A DNA stretch of 64,000 nt from assembly GCA_963745035.1 (NCBI GenBank), contig CAVUVW010000013.1:416001-480000 (forward strand), given 5' to 3'. The notes beneath the pieces were generated by a model. That model saw only the letters and a list, made by a program, of their open reading frames with translations, was not told the origin of the DNA and did not search any database. The position numbers were made by a program, and so were the translations under genes. The DNA comes from an uncultured delta proteobacterium. GTDB lineage: Bacteria; Desulfobacterota; Binatia; UBA9968. Of the stretch, positions 30,696 to 42,782 are shown one piece after another (position 1 is the first letter of the stretch; each line of letters starts with the position of its first letter).

Positions 30696-31829
30696 TTACT
30701 GTTTGCCCATCGCTTTGGACCACTCGTAGTCCGGGTTGCTGTAGCACTCGGCCGGCATTTCGCTCTTGATGCCGCGCTTGGCCAGCTCGTCTTCGAACTT
30801 CTTGCGAATAAACGGATCTTCGCGCGGATACTCGATCTGGTCCTTGGCGCGGTCTTCGACCTTCTCCGCGTGGCCGTGAAACTGCATCGGCGGATGGAGC
30901 GCGAGATAGCGCGCCATGTCGCCGCCGGCGTTGAAGTGCTGATGGAACCATTTGTCCGGCGGCGTGATCATGCTGCATTCGTGCCACGGGCAAACGATCT
31001 TTTCCTTCCCCTCTTCCCACATGATCGAATATCCCTCGCCGGCCGGGATGATGATCGCGCGGCCCGGGCCATGGCGGTGCGCCTTCTTATAGGTCTTCGG
31101 CGCGAACACCGACATATGCGCGGTTAGCTCGGAATTCGGGAACTGCATGAACACGCTCTTCCCGCCGGCGCCGCGCCGCTCGTTGGCGTCGAGCTTGTTC
31201 CAGGCGCGCATGTCGGGAAAAAAGTTGCCGTACCAGAAAGCGCGCATGCCCAGGCCTTCATCGGCGTCCTTGGCCTGCACCATCTTGGCTTCGGAGTAGA
31301 AGTCGCCGTCCGCCACCGTGACTTTCGGCTCGTAGGGATTATTGAAATACATGTCCGGCTCCGGCAACGCGGACATCGCCATGGGCATGTAGCTGTAATG
31401 GAATATCCGGAGCGGCTTATCGCCCTGCATGTTGCTAAACACGTGCCAGTGATTGCGCGGCACGAGAAACATCGAATGCTCCTGCCACTCGAAGTTCTTC
31501 TTCGGCTTGCCCTCGCTCGCCCACACGGTGGTGAGACCGCGGCCGGCCAAGACATAAACGATTTCGTCGAGCGCAAATTTCACCGGCGGCAAGGATTTTC
31601 CCGGCGGAATTTCCGACACCCGCGACGCGCTCACGCCTTCCTGCCCGAGGAGCTGGATGAACGCCGATTTGCAGCCGCGCTCCTCCCACCACTCCAGTTC
31701 GATGGTGCGCAGATCTTCGATGAAGTAGCCGCGGTGAATCGGAATCCCTTTCGATTTCATCCAGCGATCGTAGGTAAATTCCTTGCTCCACATCGTGATG
31801 ACAGGTTCTTGTTTGGCGGTCTCGGCCAT
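30696..31829 (-). CDS. Bicupin protein A (gentisate-dioxygenase-like fold)
   Basis: DEIVYVLAGRG..WHVFSN; KKAHRHGPG..PPDKWFHQHFN; AGGAGG RBS; 30 bp downstream of atpC. Confidence 0.85.
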   Translation of the reverse strand: MAETAKQEPVITMWSKEFTYDRWMKSKGIPIHRGYFIEDLRTIELEWWEERGCKSAFIQLLGQEGVSASRVSEIPPGKSLPPVKFALDEIVYVLAGRGLTTVWASEGKPKKNFEWQEHSMFLVPRNHWHVFSNMQGDKPLRIFHYSYMPMAMSALPEPDMYFNNPYEPKVTVADGDFYSEAKMVQAKDADEGLGMRAFWYGNFFPDMRAWNKLDANERRGAGGKSVFMQFPNSELTAHMSVFAPKTYKKAHRHGPGRAIIIPAGEGYSIMWEEGKEKIVCPWHECSMITPPDKWFHQHFNAGGDMARYLALHPPMQFHGHAEKVEDRAKDQIEYPREDPFIRKKFEDELAKRGIKSEMPAECYSNPDYEWSKAMGKQ

Positions 31830-31859
31830 AAAGCGTCCTCCTTAACTTTCTGTTCTTTT

Positions 31860-32276
31860 CTATCTTCTTGCTTCCCGGCTGGCAACCTGAAGCCTCGCGG
31901 CCGCTCGGCGCAGCGCCTCTTCGGCCGCCTGCCGCTCCTCATCCTCGTAGTTGGTCGCCGCCAAAGTTTTCTCGGCCTGCTCCTTGGCGTACTGCGACCG
32001 GGCGACATCGATCTCCGCAGGAAATTCCGCCGATGACGCCAGCACGGTCATCACATTGTCCAGCACCTCGGCATAGCCACCGCTGATCGCCAGGCTGGTT
32101 TTGGTCGTTCCCTGCTTGAAGCTCAGCTCGCCGGGGACGAGGGTGGACAAAAACGCGATGTGGTTCGGCAGCACGCCGAATTCGCCCAACTCGCCCGGCG
32201 CGGTCACTTCGTCGACTTCCTCGTCGAGCACCAGCCGGCTCGGCGTCACCACTCTCAGTGTGATCTTGTCTGCCAT
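31860..32276 (-). CDS. atpC: ATP synthase F1 epsilon subunit
   Basis: LRVVTPSR, GEFGVLPNH, ISGGYAEV, EIDVAR. Confidence 0.96.
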   Translation of the reverse strand: MADKITLRVVTPSRLVLDEEVDEVTAPGELGEFGVLPNHIAFLSTLVPGELSFKQGTTKTSLAISGGYAEVLDNVMTVLASSAEFPAEIDVARSQYAKEQAEKTLAATNYEDEERQAAEEALRRAAARLQVASREARR

Positions 32277-32292
32277 TTTTCTCGATCAAATC

Positions 32293-32320
32293 GCAGGGGC
32301 GCAGCATGCTGCGCCCCTGC
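32293..32320. repeat. Perfect 28-bp REP-like palindrome between atpD and atpC
   Basis: GCAGGGGCGCAGCATGCTGCGCCCCTGC. Confidence 0.8.
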
Positions 32321-32353
32321 TCCGGCCGCCTGCTGCGGGTACGTGATGCGTGC

Positions 32354-33852
<1,499 letters not shown>

Positions 33853-33856
33853 GTAT

Positions 33857-34723
<867 letters not shown>

Positions 34724-34759
34724 GTTTACTGCTGTTTCGGGTTGACCCGAAACTCGAAA

Positions 34760-36268
<1,509 letters not shown>

Positions 36269-36278
36269 GCTGAGTTCC

Positions 36279-36821
36279 TCACTGTCCGCGCGCGATGCGC
36301 TGTTTCATCTTTTCCAGTTGGGTGCGAATGCTGCCGTCGTAAATTTTTCCTTCGAGCTCGATCAGCAGCCCGCCGAGCAGGCTCGGATCGGTCTCCTGCT
36401 GCAACAAAACTTCTTTACCCGCCAGGCCGCGCAACCGTTGACGCAACTGCTCGACCATGGCCGTATCGAGGGCGCCGGTGCTCACCACCCGCGCTTCGAC
36501 CCGTCCCTTGGCCTCGTTGAGCAGACGCCGATAGCAGCTTACAATGCCGGCCAGCTGCACTAACCGGTCGCGCTCGAGCAACAAGGACAAAAATTTGACC
36601 GTCAACGGTGAAAGCTGCTGGCCGTCGAGCACCTGCCTGAGAATTTTCATGCGCGGCGCCATGGCGAACGCCGGATTGGTCAGCACTTTCTGCAAATCCG
36701 AGCCGCTATAGATCGAGAAAAACCGCTCGATTTCCTCGCCGGTCTTTTCCTCCGCGCCGGCTTCGCGCGCCAGCTGGAAAAGCGCCCGAGTGTATCTTCG
36801 ACTGAGCCTGCCCTCGATCAT
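36279..36821 (-). CDS. atpH: ATP synthase F1 delta subunit
   Basis: [28 protein letters not shown]. Confidence 0.95.
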   Translation of the reverse strand: MIEGRLSRRYTRALFQLAREAGAEEKTGEEIERFFSIYSGSDLQKVLTNPAFAMAPRMKILRQVLDGQQLSPLTVKFLSLLLERDRLVQLAGIVSCYRRLLNEAKGRVEARVVSTGALDTAMVEQLRQRLRGLAGKEVLLQQETDPSLLGGLLIELEGKIYDGSIRTQLEKMKQRIARGQ

Positions 36822-37366
36822 CGAGCCTGTCCGATTTGCTGTATGAACTCTTGTGCCAGCCGGGCTTGATCCGCCGCGGAAATATTTTTTTGCACCAACT
36901 CGCGCGCCGTCGATTCGGCCTTGTTGGCCAGTTCCTCACGGAGCTTTTCCCGCGCCATGATCACTTCCCGATCGGCGAGAAAATGCGCGTCTTCCTGTAT
37001 CTTCACGGCCATAGCCTCGGCCTCGCTCAGCGTTCTGGCCTTTTCGCGCTCCGCGTCGGCGCGCCGCGATACTTGAATCGATTGAGCTTCCTGGTCGACA
37101 CCGGCGACTTTCCCGCGGTATTCAGCGACCAGCGCCTCGGCCTGGTGTTTTTTTGCCGATGCCTGGGCGATCGTCGCCACGACCTCTTCCCGCCGCGCAC
37201 GCAAAAGGTTACGTACCATCGGCAGCGCAAAGTAATAAAGAACCGCCGCGTAAATGATAAAATTGATCGCCGGCAAGACGACTTCGCCGATGGTTGGAAC
37301 ATGGTGCTCGGCGCCGGCCGCCGAAGCCCAGGCGTTAGCGGCTACGAAGACGTTCAGTCCGCTCAC
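36818..37366 (-). CDS. atpF: ATP synthase F0 subunit b
   Basis: TM segment INFIIYAAVLYYF followed by charged coiled coil; overlaps atpH and atpF'. Confidence 0.9.
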   Translation of the reverse strand: MSGLNVFVAANAWASAAGAEHHVPTIGEVVLPAINFIIYAAVLYYFALPMVRNLLRARREEVVATIAQASAKKHQAEALVAEYRGKVAGVDQEAQSIQVSRRADAEREKARTLSEAEAMAVKIQEDAHFLADREVIMAREKLREELANKAESTARELVQKNISAADQARLAQEFIQQIGQAR

Positions 37367-37791
37367 GCGACCCTCCTGCCCAGAACCTTGCTGGCGATCT
37401 CCGCCGCGATCGTCGCCGCTTCCGCGGGGGCAAGACGCCGCTCGGCCTCGAGCGCCGTCGCGATCTCCTGGCGCCTTAGCGAGAGGGTCTGTCCCGCCTC
37501 TTGGCGCGCCTTGGCTAAAATCTTTTCCCGCTCCTCGCGAGCGGCCTGAAGGATGCGCTCTCTTTCGACGGCAGCGACCGCCTGGGCTTGAGCGATTTTC
37601 TCTTCGTATTGCGCCCGCAGCCGCGCGCCGTCGTGCTCCAATTCGGCGGAATCATGTTGCGCGCCGGTGGTTTTGCGCTCGCGCTCGTCGAGCAGCTTTA
37701 AGTAGGGTTGGAAAAGGACTTTGTTGAGGATCAGCCAGAGGATGACAAATAAAATCACCTGATACAGGATGCTGATGTCTAAGGAAATCAT
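37363..37791 (-). CDS. atpX: ATP synthase F0 subunit b' (AtpX)
   Basis: QVILFVILWLILNKVLFQPYLKLLDERE, ASKVLGR C-terminus. Confidence 0.9.
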   Translation of the reverse strand: MISLDISILYQVILFVILWLILNKVLFQPYLKLLDERERKTTGAQHDSAELEHDGARLRAQYEEKIAQAQAVAAVERERILQAAREEREKILAKARQEAGQTLSLRRQEIATALEAERRLAPAEAATIAAEIASKVLGRRVA

Positions 37792-37926
37792 CTGTCAACT
37801 TTCGCTTCTAACCGCACCGTCGCGAGGGCTGTAAGCGCCCGGGCGGTTCAACCCCTAGGCCGAATAATAAAAACCTACCTTCGGTGAAGAACGTAGGACT
37901 GGGATGGAAGAACGGCTAACCGAAGT

Positions 37927-38514
37927 CTAATTCTTGGAATCAGCTTGTAGCGTCGCCACAGGCGCCACCGCGGCTTTCTCAACGCTCACGTTCTGTGAAT
38001 TTACGCTGCCGCTTTTTGCCTTCGCCACACCCATGGAGCAATCACCGTCAAACACAGCACCCTCGGTGATCACCAGTCGGGGGGCGCTCACGTTGCCGAT
38101 TAAGCGCGCCGGTGCGAATAATTCAATCTTTTCCTTGGCTGTCACATTCCCTTCGACTTTACCGCGAATAATCACGACCTGTCCGGTGATCTTGGCCCGC
38201 ACCTCGGCTCCTTCGCCGATGGTCAGCGCGCCCTGGCACTGGATCTCGCCCTCCACCACACCATCGATTCTGGCGGGCCCCTGAAAACTTAGCTGCCCGC
38301 TGACACGGCATCCTTTATAAAGATAACCCACCAATCCCGCTGTCGAAGGCGCCGGGGCAACTTCGACTTTCGGCGCAGGCTTCGGCTCAGACGCTGCGGC
38401 CACGATTGGCTTCGCCGGTTCCGGCGCCGCGGCCGGCTTGGCAGCTTCCGCAACTTTCTGCGGCTCTACTTCTGAAGTCTTTTTTCCACCAGGGTTACGA
38501 TCAAACCAAGCCAT
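37927..38514 (-). CDS. Bactofilin (polymer-forming cytoskeletal protein)
   Basis: Pro/Ala-rich N-terminus, then G.LSFQGPARIDG.VEGEI..LTIGEGAEV..GNV.A..ITEGAVFDGDCSM beta-helix. Confidence 0.92.
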   Translation of the reverse strand: MAWFDRNPGGKKTSEVEPQKVAEAAKPAAAPEPAKPIVAAASEPKPAPKVEVAPAPSTAGLVGYLYKGCRVSGQLSFQGPARIDGVVEGEIQCQGALTIGEGAEVRAKITGQVVIIRGKVEGNVTAKEKIELFAPARLIGNVSAPRLVITEGAVFDGDCSMGVAKAKSGSVNSQNVSVEKAAVAPVATLQADSKN

Positions 38515-38864
38515 ATTATCTTCCCCCTGTTTGGGCAGAATTTCCTATAACATCCGCTAACCTTATTGTCAAAACGCATTGCTCATGGGATCGAACTGAG
38601 ATTTCCCGATGCCGCCTCTGTAGAATTCGACTGGGAGCAGAATGACGCTTCGTACGAAAACCGATCTTTCGCGAAATTTTCGCCACTTGCCTTGACGGCC
38701 TGAGAAACTTCGGATTAGCTTAAGGGCTGCCAATTTTTGATGCCGCAAGCGACTTGTCGTCATCTCGAGAAGTGAAGCGACGCCTAGCGGAAATTGTACA
38801 GTATTTGTTTCATCCGTATAAGGTGAAAATCAGCTCCGCAACTGGGCCTGAAGAAGGAGTTCCC

Positions 38865-39806
38865 ATGCACCGCCTGATTTGTTTGCTCGCTTTGTTGGCG
38901 CTTCCCGGCAGCCTGAGGGCGGAGCCCGCGCGCGGCGCCTATCCATCGGCAAACGTTCAGTTTTTACCCGCCTTCGTGGCTTTGGAAAAGGGCTTCTACA
39001 AGCGCGAAGGGCTCGACGCCGAGCTGATCTCGGTGCGGAACGCCGTAACCGCGGTGCAGGCGCTCATCGGCAATCAAATCCATTTTATCTTCTCGGTGGG
39101 CCCGCAGATGCCGTCCATCTGGGAAGGGAGCGATATTGTATTGCTCGCGCAGATGATCGGCCGGCCGACCTTCTCCATGGTCGTCACCCAAGACATTCAA
39201 AAGGTGACCGACCTCAAAGGCAAGAAGATCGGCGTCAGCTTCGGCGGCTCCACTTTCGCCGGCACCAAGGCGCTCTTGGAGCTCTACAAGATGAACCCGG
39301 AGAAGGATGTTCAGTACGTCAGCATCCCCGGCAGCCAGCCGAAGATCGCCGCGATGCAGCAAGGCATCATCCAAGCCGCGCTGTTGGCGCCGCCCTCCGA
39401 CTACATTGCGATCAAAGCCGGCTTCAAGCGCCTGGTGAGCCTGGCGGATCTTTTCAAAGACACTTCGTTCAGCGGCCTCGCCGCCACCGGCAAGACGATC
39501 AAAGAGAATCCGCAATTCGTCAAACGCATGGTGCGCGCCATCGTGCGCGGTGTAATTCACAGCCGCGAGTACCCCGAAGACGCGGTGCAGACGATGGTCA
39601 AGCACTGGCGCATGGAACGTGATGTCTCGGTGGATGCCTATAACCTTGTAAAGGAAGCGCTTCACCCCGTACCGACAGAAAAGGGCGTCGAGCTCATGGC
39701 CCACTGGCAAGCCGTGGCTTTGAACGTGCAGCCCAAGCGCCCGGTGCGCGAATATATGGACTTGCGCTTCGTCAATGAAGTGGTCGCCGAACTAGGAAAA
39801 AAATAA
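38865..39806 (+). CDS. ABC transporter substrate-binding protein (NMT1/SsuA-like), orphan
   Basis: Signal peptide, KGFYKREGLDAELI, DLKGKKIGVS; ATG 38865 with AAGGAG. Confidence 0.85.
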   Translation: MHRLICLLALLALPGSLRAEPARGAYPSANVQFLPAFVALEKGFYKREGLDAELISVRNAVTAVQALIGNQIHFIFSVGPQMPSIWEGSDIVLLAQMIGRPTFSMVVTQDIQKVTDLKGKKIGVSFGGSTFAGTKALLELYKMNPEKDVQYVSIPGSQPKIAAMQQGIIQAALLAPPSDYIAIKAGFKRLVSLADLFKDTSFSGLAATGKTIKENPQFVKRMVRAIVRGVIHSREYPEDAVQTMVKHWRMERDVSVDAYNLVKEALHPVPTEKGVELMAHWQAVALNVQPKRPVREYMDLRFVNEVVAELGKK

Positions 39807-39819
39807 GGAGCAGCGAATA

Positions 39820-40419
39820 ATGTTGAAAAAACTGTTTTTGATCGCAACCCTGCTGGTTGGCGTGGCGCACGGCTTCGCCGCCGAGACAAACGATAAAAAA
39901 GGCCCGCTGTACGCAACCTTAAAAACCAGCATGGGCGACATCGTCATCCAGTTGTTCGACGACAAGGCGCCCAAGACCGTCGCGAACTTCGTCGGCCTGG
40001 CGACCGGAACCAAGGAGTGGGTCGATCCCAAGACGGGGGAGAAAGTCAAAAAACCATTGTACAACGGCACCATCTTTCACCGCGTCATCCCCGGTTTCAT
40101 GATCCAGGGCGGCGACCCGCTTGGCAACGGCACGGGCGGACCGGGCTATCGCTTTGAAGACGAGTTTCATCCCGACTTGCGCCACACCAAGGGCGGCATA
40201 CTCTCGATGGCCAACGCGGGGCCGAACACCAACGGCAGCCAGTTCTTCATCACTCTTGCGCCGACCTTACATCTGGACAACCGCCACAGCGTCTTCGGCG
40301 AATTGGTCAAAGGACAGGAAGTCGTCGTGGCGATCGGCAACGTGTCGCGGGGCTCCAATGACCGGCCGGTGAAAGAGGTCGTATTGAAAGAAGTGGTGAT
40401 TACCCGCGGTAATTACTAG
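39820..40419 (+). CDS. Cyclophilin-type peptidyl-prolyl isomerase, exported
   Basis: APKTVANFVGLA, FHRVIPGFMIQGGDP, SMANAGPNTNGSQFFIT; signal peptide. Confidence 0.95.
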   Translation: MLKKLFLIATLLVGVAHGFAAETNDKKGPLYATLKTSMGDIVIQLFDDKAPKTVANFVGLATGTKEWVDPKTGEKVKKPLYNGTIFHRVIPGFMIQGGDPLGNGTGGPGYRFEDEFHPDLRHTKGGILSMANAGPNTNGSQFFITLAPTLHLDNRHSVFGELVKGQEVVVAIGNVSRGSNDRPVKEVVLKEVVITRGNY

Positions 40420-40473
40420 CGCTGTCCAATGCGTCTTAGACGTGATTCACCCGTCGATGCTTGAGGGCGCTTT

Positions 40474-41541
40474 CTACTCTAAGTCATAAGCCACGCCCAC
40501 TTGAGCACCGACGTCGCGTAGTCCTTTCAGCACCGAGGGCAGCAGCGGGATACCGTGCTCGCGCCGCTCATCGGCGGTTTCGAACTCGATCTCGCCGGCC
40601 GCATACACGCGCTCTTGCCCCTCGATGGGCGGAGTGGACTTCAGCTCGCGCAGCAGCCGATCCATGTCGCGTTTGAATTCATCGACGGGTCGAAACGTAT
40701 CGATGCGGATGGCGCCGAAAAAATGGCCGCGCGGATCCTGATCCGCATTCAAGGCCGTAAGCGTTCCGGTGAGCACGCCGCAAAGAATCTCGACGAGAAT
40801 CGCCAGGCCGTAGCCTTTGTGGCTGCCGCCTTCGCGCGAGCCGCCGAGGGGCAGAAGCTTGCGCGCTTTCTGCGCCACCCGCGGATCATCCGTCACTTGC
40901 GCCTGTTCGTTCAAAGCCCAACCCGGCGGAATCGGTTTGTCCTGCCGCGCCGCGAGTTCCAGCTTTCCCGCTGCCGCCGTCGTGGTTGCCATGTCAAGGA
41001 CAAACGGCAGCTCTTTCCCCGTCGGCACCGCGAAGCACATCGGATTGGTGCCGAACCGCGCCTCGCGGCCGAATGTCGGCACTACCTGCCTGCTCGCATT
41101 GGTCATGGCGATGCCGATCATGTCGTGCGGCAATGCCATCATGGCGTAATAGGCCGACATGCCGTAGTGGCGGCTGTTGCGCACGGCGACCATGCCGATG
41201 CCGGACTCCTTCGCTTTCCGGATCGCCATTTCCATCGCCCGGTGACCAACGACCATGCCCATACCGCGATCGCCATCGAGCAGCGCCGATGAAGCGGTTT
41301 CAGAAATCACGCGAACGTTGGGTTTGGCGGTCATCGAGCCCTCGGTCAGCCATTTCACGTACCAGGCATTCGGACTGAAACGAATCACGCCATGGGTATC
41401 GACGCCGCGCAGGTCGGCCTGAACGAGGGCGTAGGCGCCGATCTCGGCGTCTTCTTTGGGCACGCCGAGTTTTTCGAAAGCCGCGGCAACGAAACTCAAA
41501 AGTTTTCGGTGACTGACCCGGATCGTTTCATGAGTTGCCAT
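40474..41541 (-). CDS. Ldh-2 family oxidoreductase (type 2 malate/L-lactate dehydrogenase-like)
   Basis: ADLRGVDTHG, VRNSRHYG, GTNP, LDMATT, PLGG..HKGYGL. Confidence 0.92.
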   Translation of the reverse strand: MATHETIRVSHRKLLSFVAAAFEKLGVPKEDAEIGAYALVQADLRGVDTHGVIRFSPNAWYVKWLTEGSMTAKPNVRVISETASSALLDGDRGMGMVVGHRAMEMAIRKAKESGIGMVAVRNSRHYGMSAYYAMMALPHDMIGIAMTNASRQVVPTFGREARFGTNPMCFAVPTGKELPFVLDMATTTAAAGKLELAARQDKPIPPGWALNEQAQVTDDPRVAQKARKLLPLGGSREGGSHKGYGLAILVEILCGVLTGTLTALNADQDPRGHFFGAIRIDTFRPVDEFKRDMDRLLRELKSTPPIEGQERVYAAGEIEFETADERREHGIPLLPSVLKGLRDVGAQVGVAYDLE

Positions 41542-41675
41542 GCATTTTCCTCCTGCAATAGCTTGCGCTCTGCTTAACTTTGAGCAGCCGTACCTGTCAA
41601 GCAATCCTCCTTGACGCTCTCAGCGTGTTTGCCTATGTTACGCGCAAATCTCCTCCGCCACACCTACGGAGGTTC

Positions 41676-42782
41676 ATGACGATGAATCGTACGACTCCAT
41701 CAGGGCAATGCTGCGCTTTGCTCGCTTCCTTGCTGCTGATCGCAGCAATCTTCCAGCGCGACCTCGCCGCCGCCGAGCTCGCGAATGTCCGTATCGCCCA
41801 CGGCGCCTTTAGCGAAAAGATCGCGATCATGTGGATCGGCGCCGAGCAGGGAATTTTTCGCAAGCACGGCGTGCATGTCGAAGTCATCAATATTCGCAGC
41901 GGGCCTCAGACCATGGCCGCGCTCGCATCCGGCGATATTCAAGTCGCCTACACGATCCCCGGAACCGTGGTGAGCGCCGCGACCGGTGGTTTCGATGCGG
42001 TCTTTTTCGCCGGCATCGTCAACAAAGCCGACGGCGATTTTATCGCCTCGCCGCGCATCCGCGGACCGGAGGACTTAAAAGGCAAGCGCGTCGGCGTTCA
42101 GAGCATCGGCGGCGGAGTGTGGTCGATGGCGATGCTCGCTCTCGAGCATCTCGGCTTGGAGCCGAATAAGGACAAATTGACCGTCATGATCATCGGCGAC
42201 TCGCCGGTGCTAGCCCAGTCGTTGGAATCCGGCGGCATCGAGGCGACTTATCTCAACTATACGCACAGCCGGTCGCTCAAGGAGAAAGGCTTTCCGGTTC
42301 TTCTCGACCTGGGCAAAGCGCCGATTCCCTACCAAGGCCTGGCGGCGGCGACCCGGCGCTCCTACCTCCGGCAAAATACAGTAACAATTGACGCGCTGAT
42401 GCGCGGCTTTGTAGAGACCATCGCGTTCATTCACAAGCCGTCCAACAAGGAGGTGGTGGTAAAGGCGCTGATGAAAAACCTGCGGCTAAGAAATCTCGAC
42501 GATGCCGAAACTGGCTATCAATCCCTCCAGTGGCTTTACAAGCCCGATATCAAGCCGACTATTCCAGGCATTCAGAACATGGCGCGCTTGCTTGCTCTCG
42601 GCAATCCGAAAGTTAAGACAGTAAAAATGGAGGATGTGGTCGATGACGCGCCTTGGCATCGGCTAGAGAAAAGCCCTTTCTACCGAGACTTGGTCTCCAG
42701 ACAAATCAAGAAGGTGATGCGGCGGATTCTCGCGAGGCACAGAGTCAGTGCCGGCGTAAGTCGGCAAAGGCCGCTATTCTAA
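41676..42782 (+). CDS. ABC transporter substrate-binding protein (NMT1/SsuA-like), orphan
   Basis: Signal peptide, GIFRKHGVHVEV, DLKGKRVGVQSIGGG. Confidence 0.83.
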   Translation: MTMNRTTPSGQCCALLASLLLIAAIFQRDLAAAELANVRIAHGAFSEKIAIMWIGAEQGIFRKHGVHVEVINIRSGPQTMAALASGDIQVAYTIPGTVVSAATGGFDAVFFAGIVNKADGDFIASPRIRGPEDLKGKRVGVQSIGGGVWSMAMLALEHLGLEPNKDKLTVMIIGDSPVLAQSLESGGIEATYLNYTHSRSLKEKGFPVLLDLGKAPIPYQGLAAATRRSYLRQNTVTIDALMRGFVETIAFIHKPSNKEVVVKALMKNLRLRNLDDAETGYQSLQWLYKPDIKPTIPGIQNMARLLALGNPKVKTVKMEDVVDDAPWHRLEKSPFYRDLVSRQIKKVMRRILARHRVSAGVSRQRPLF

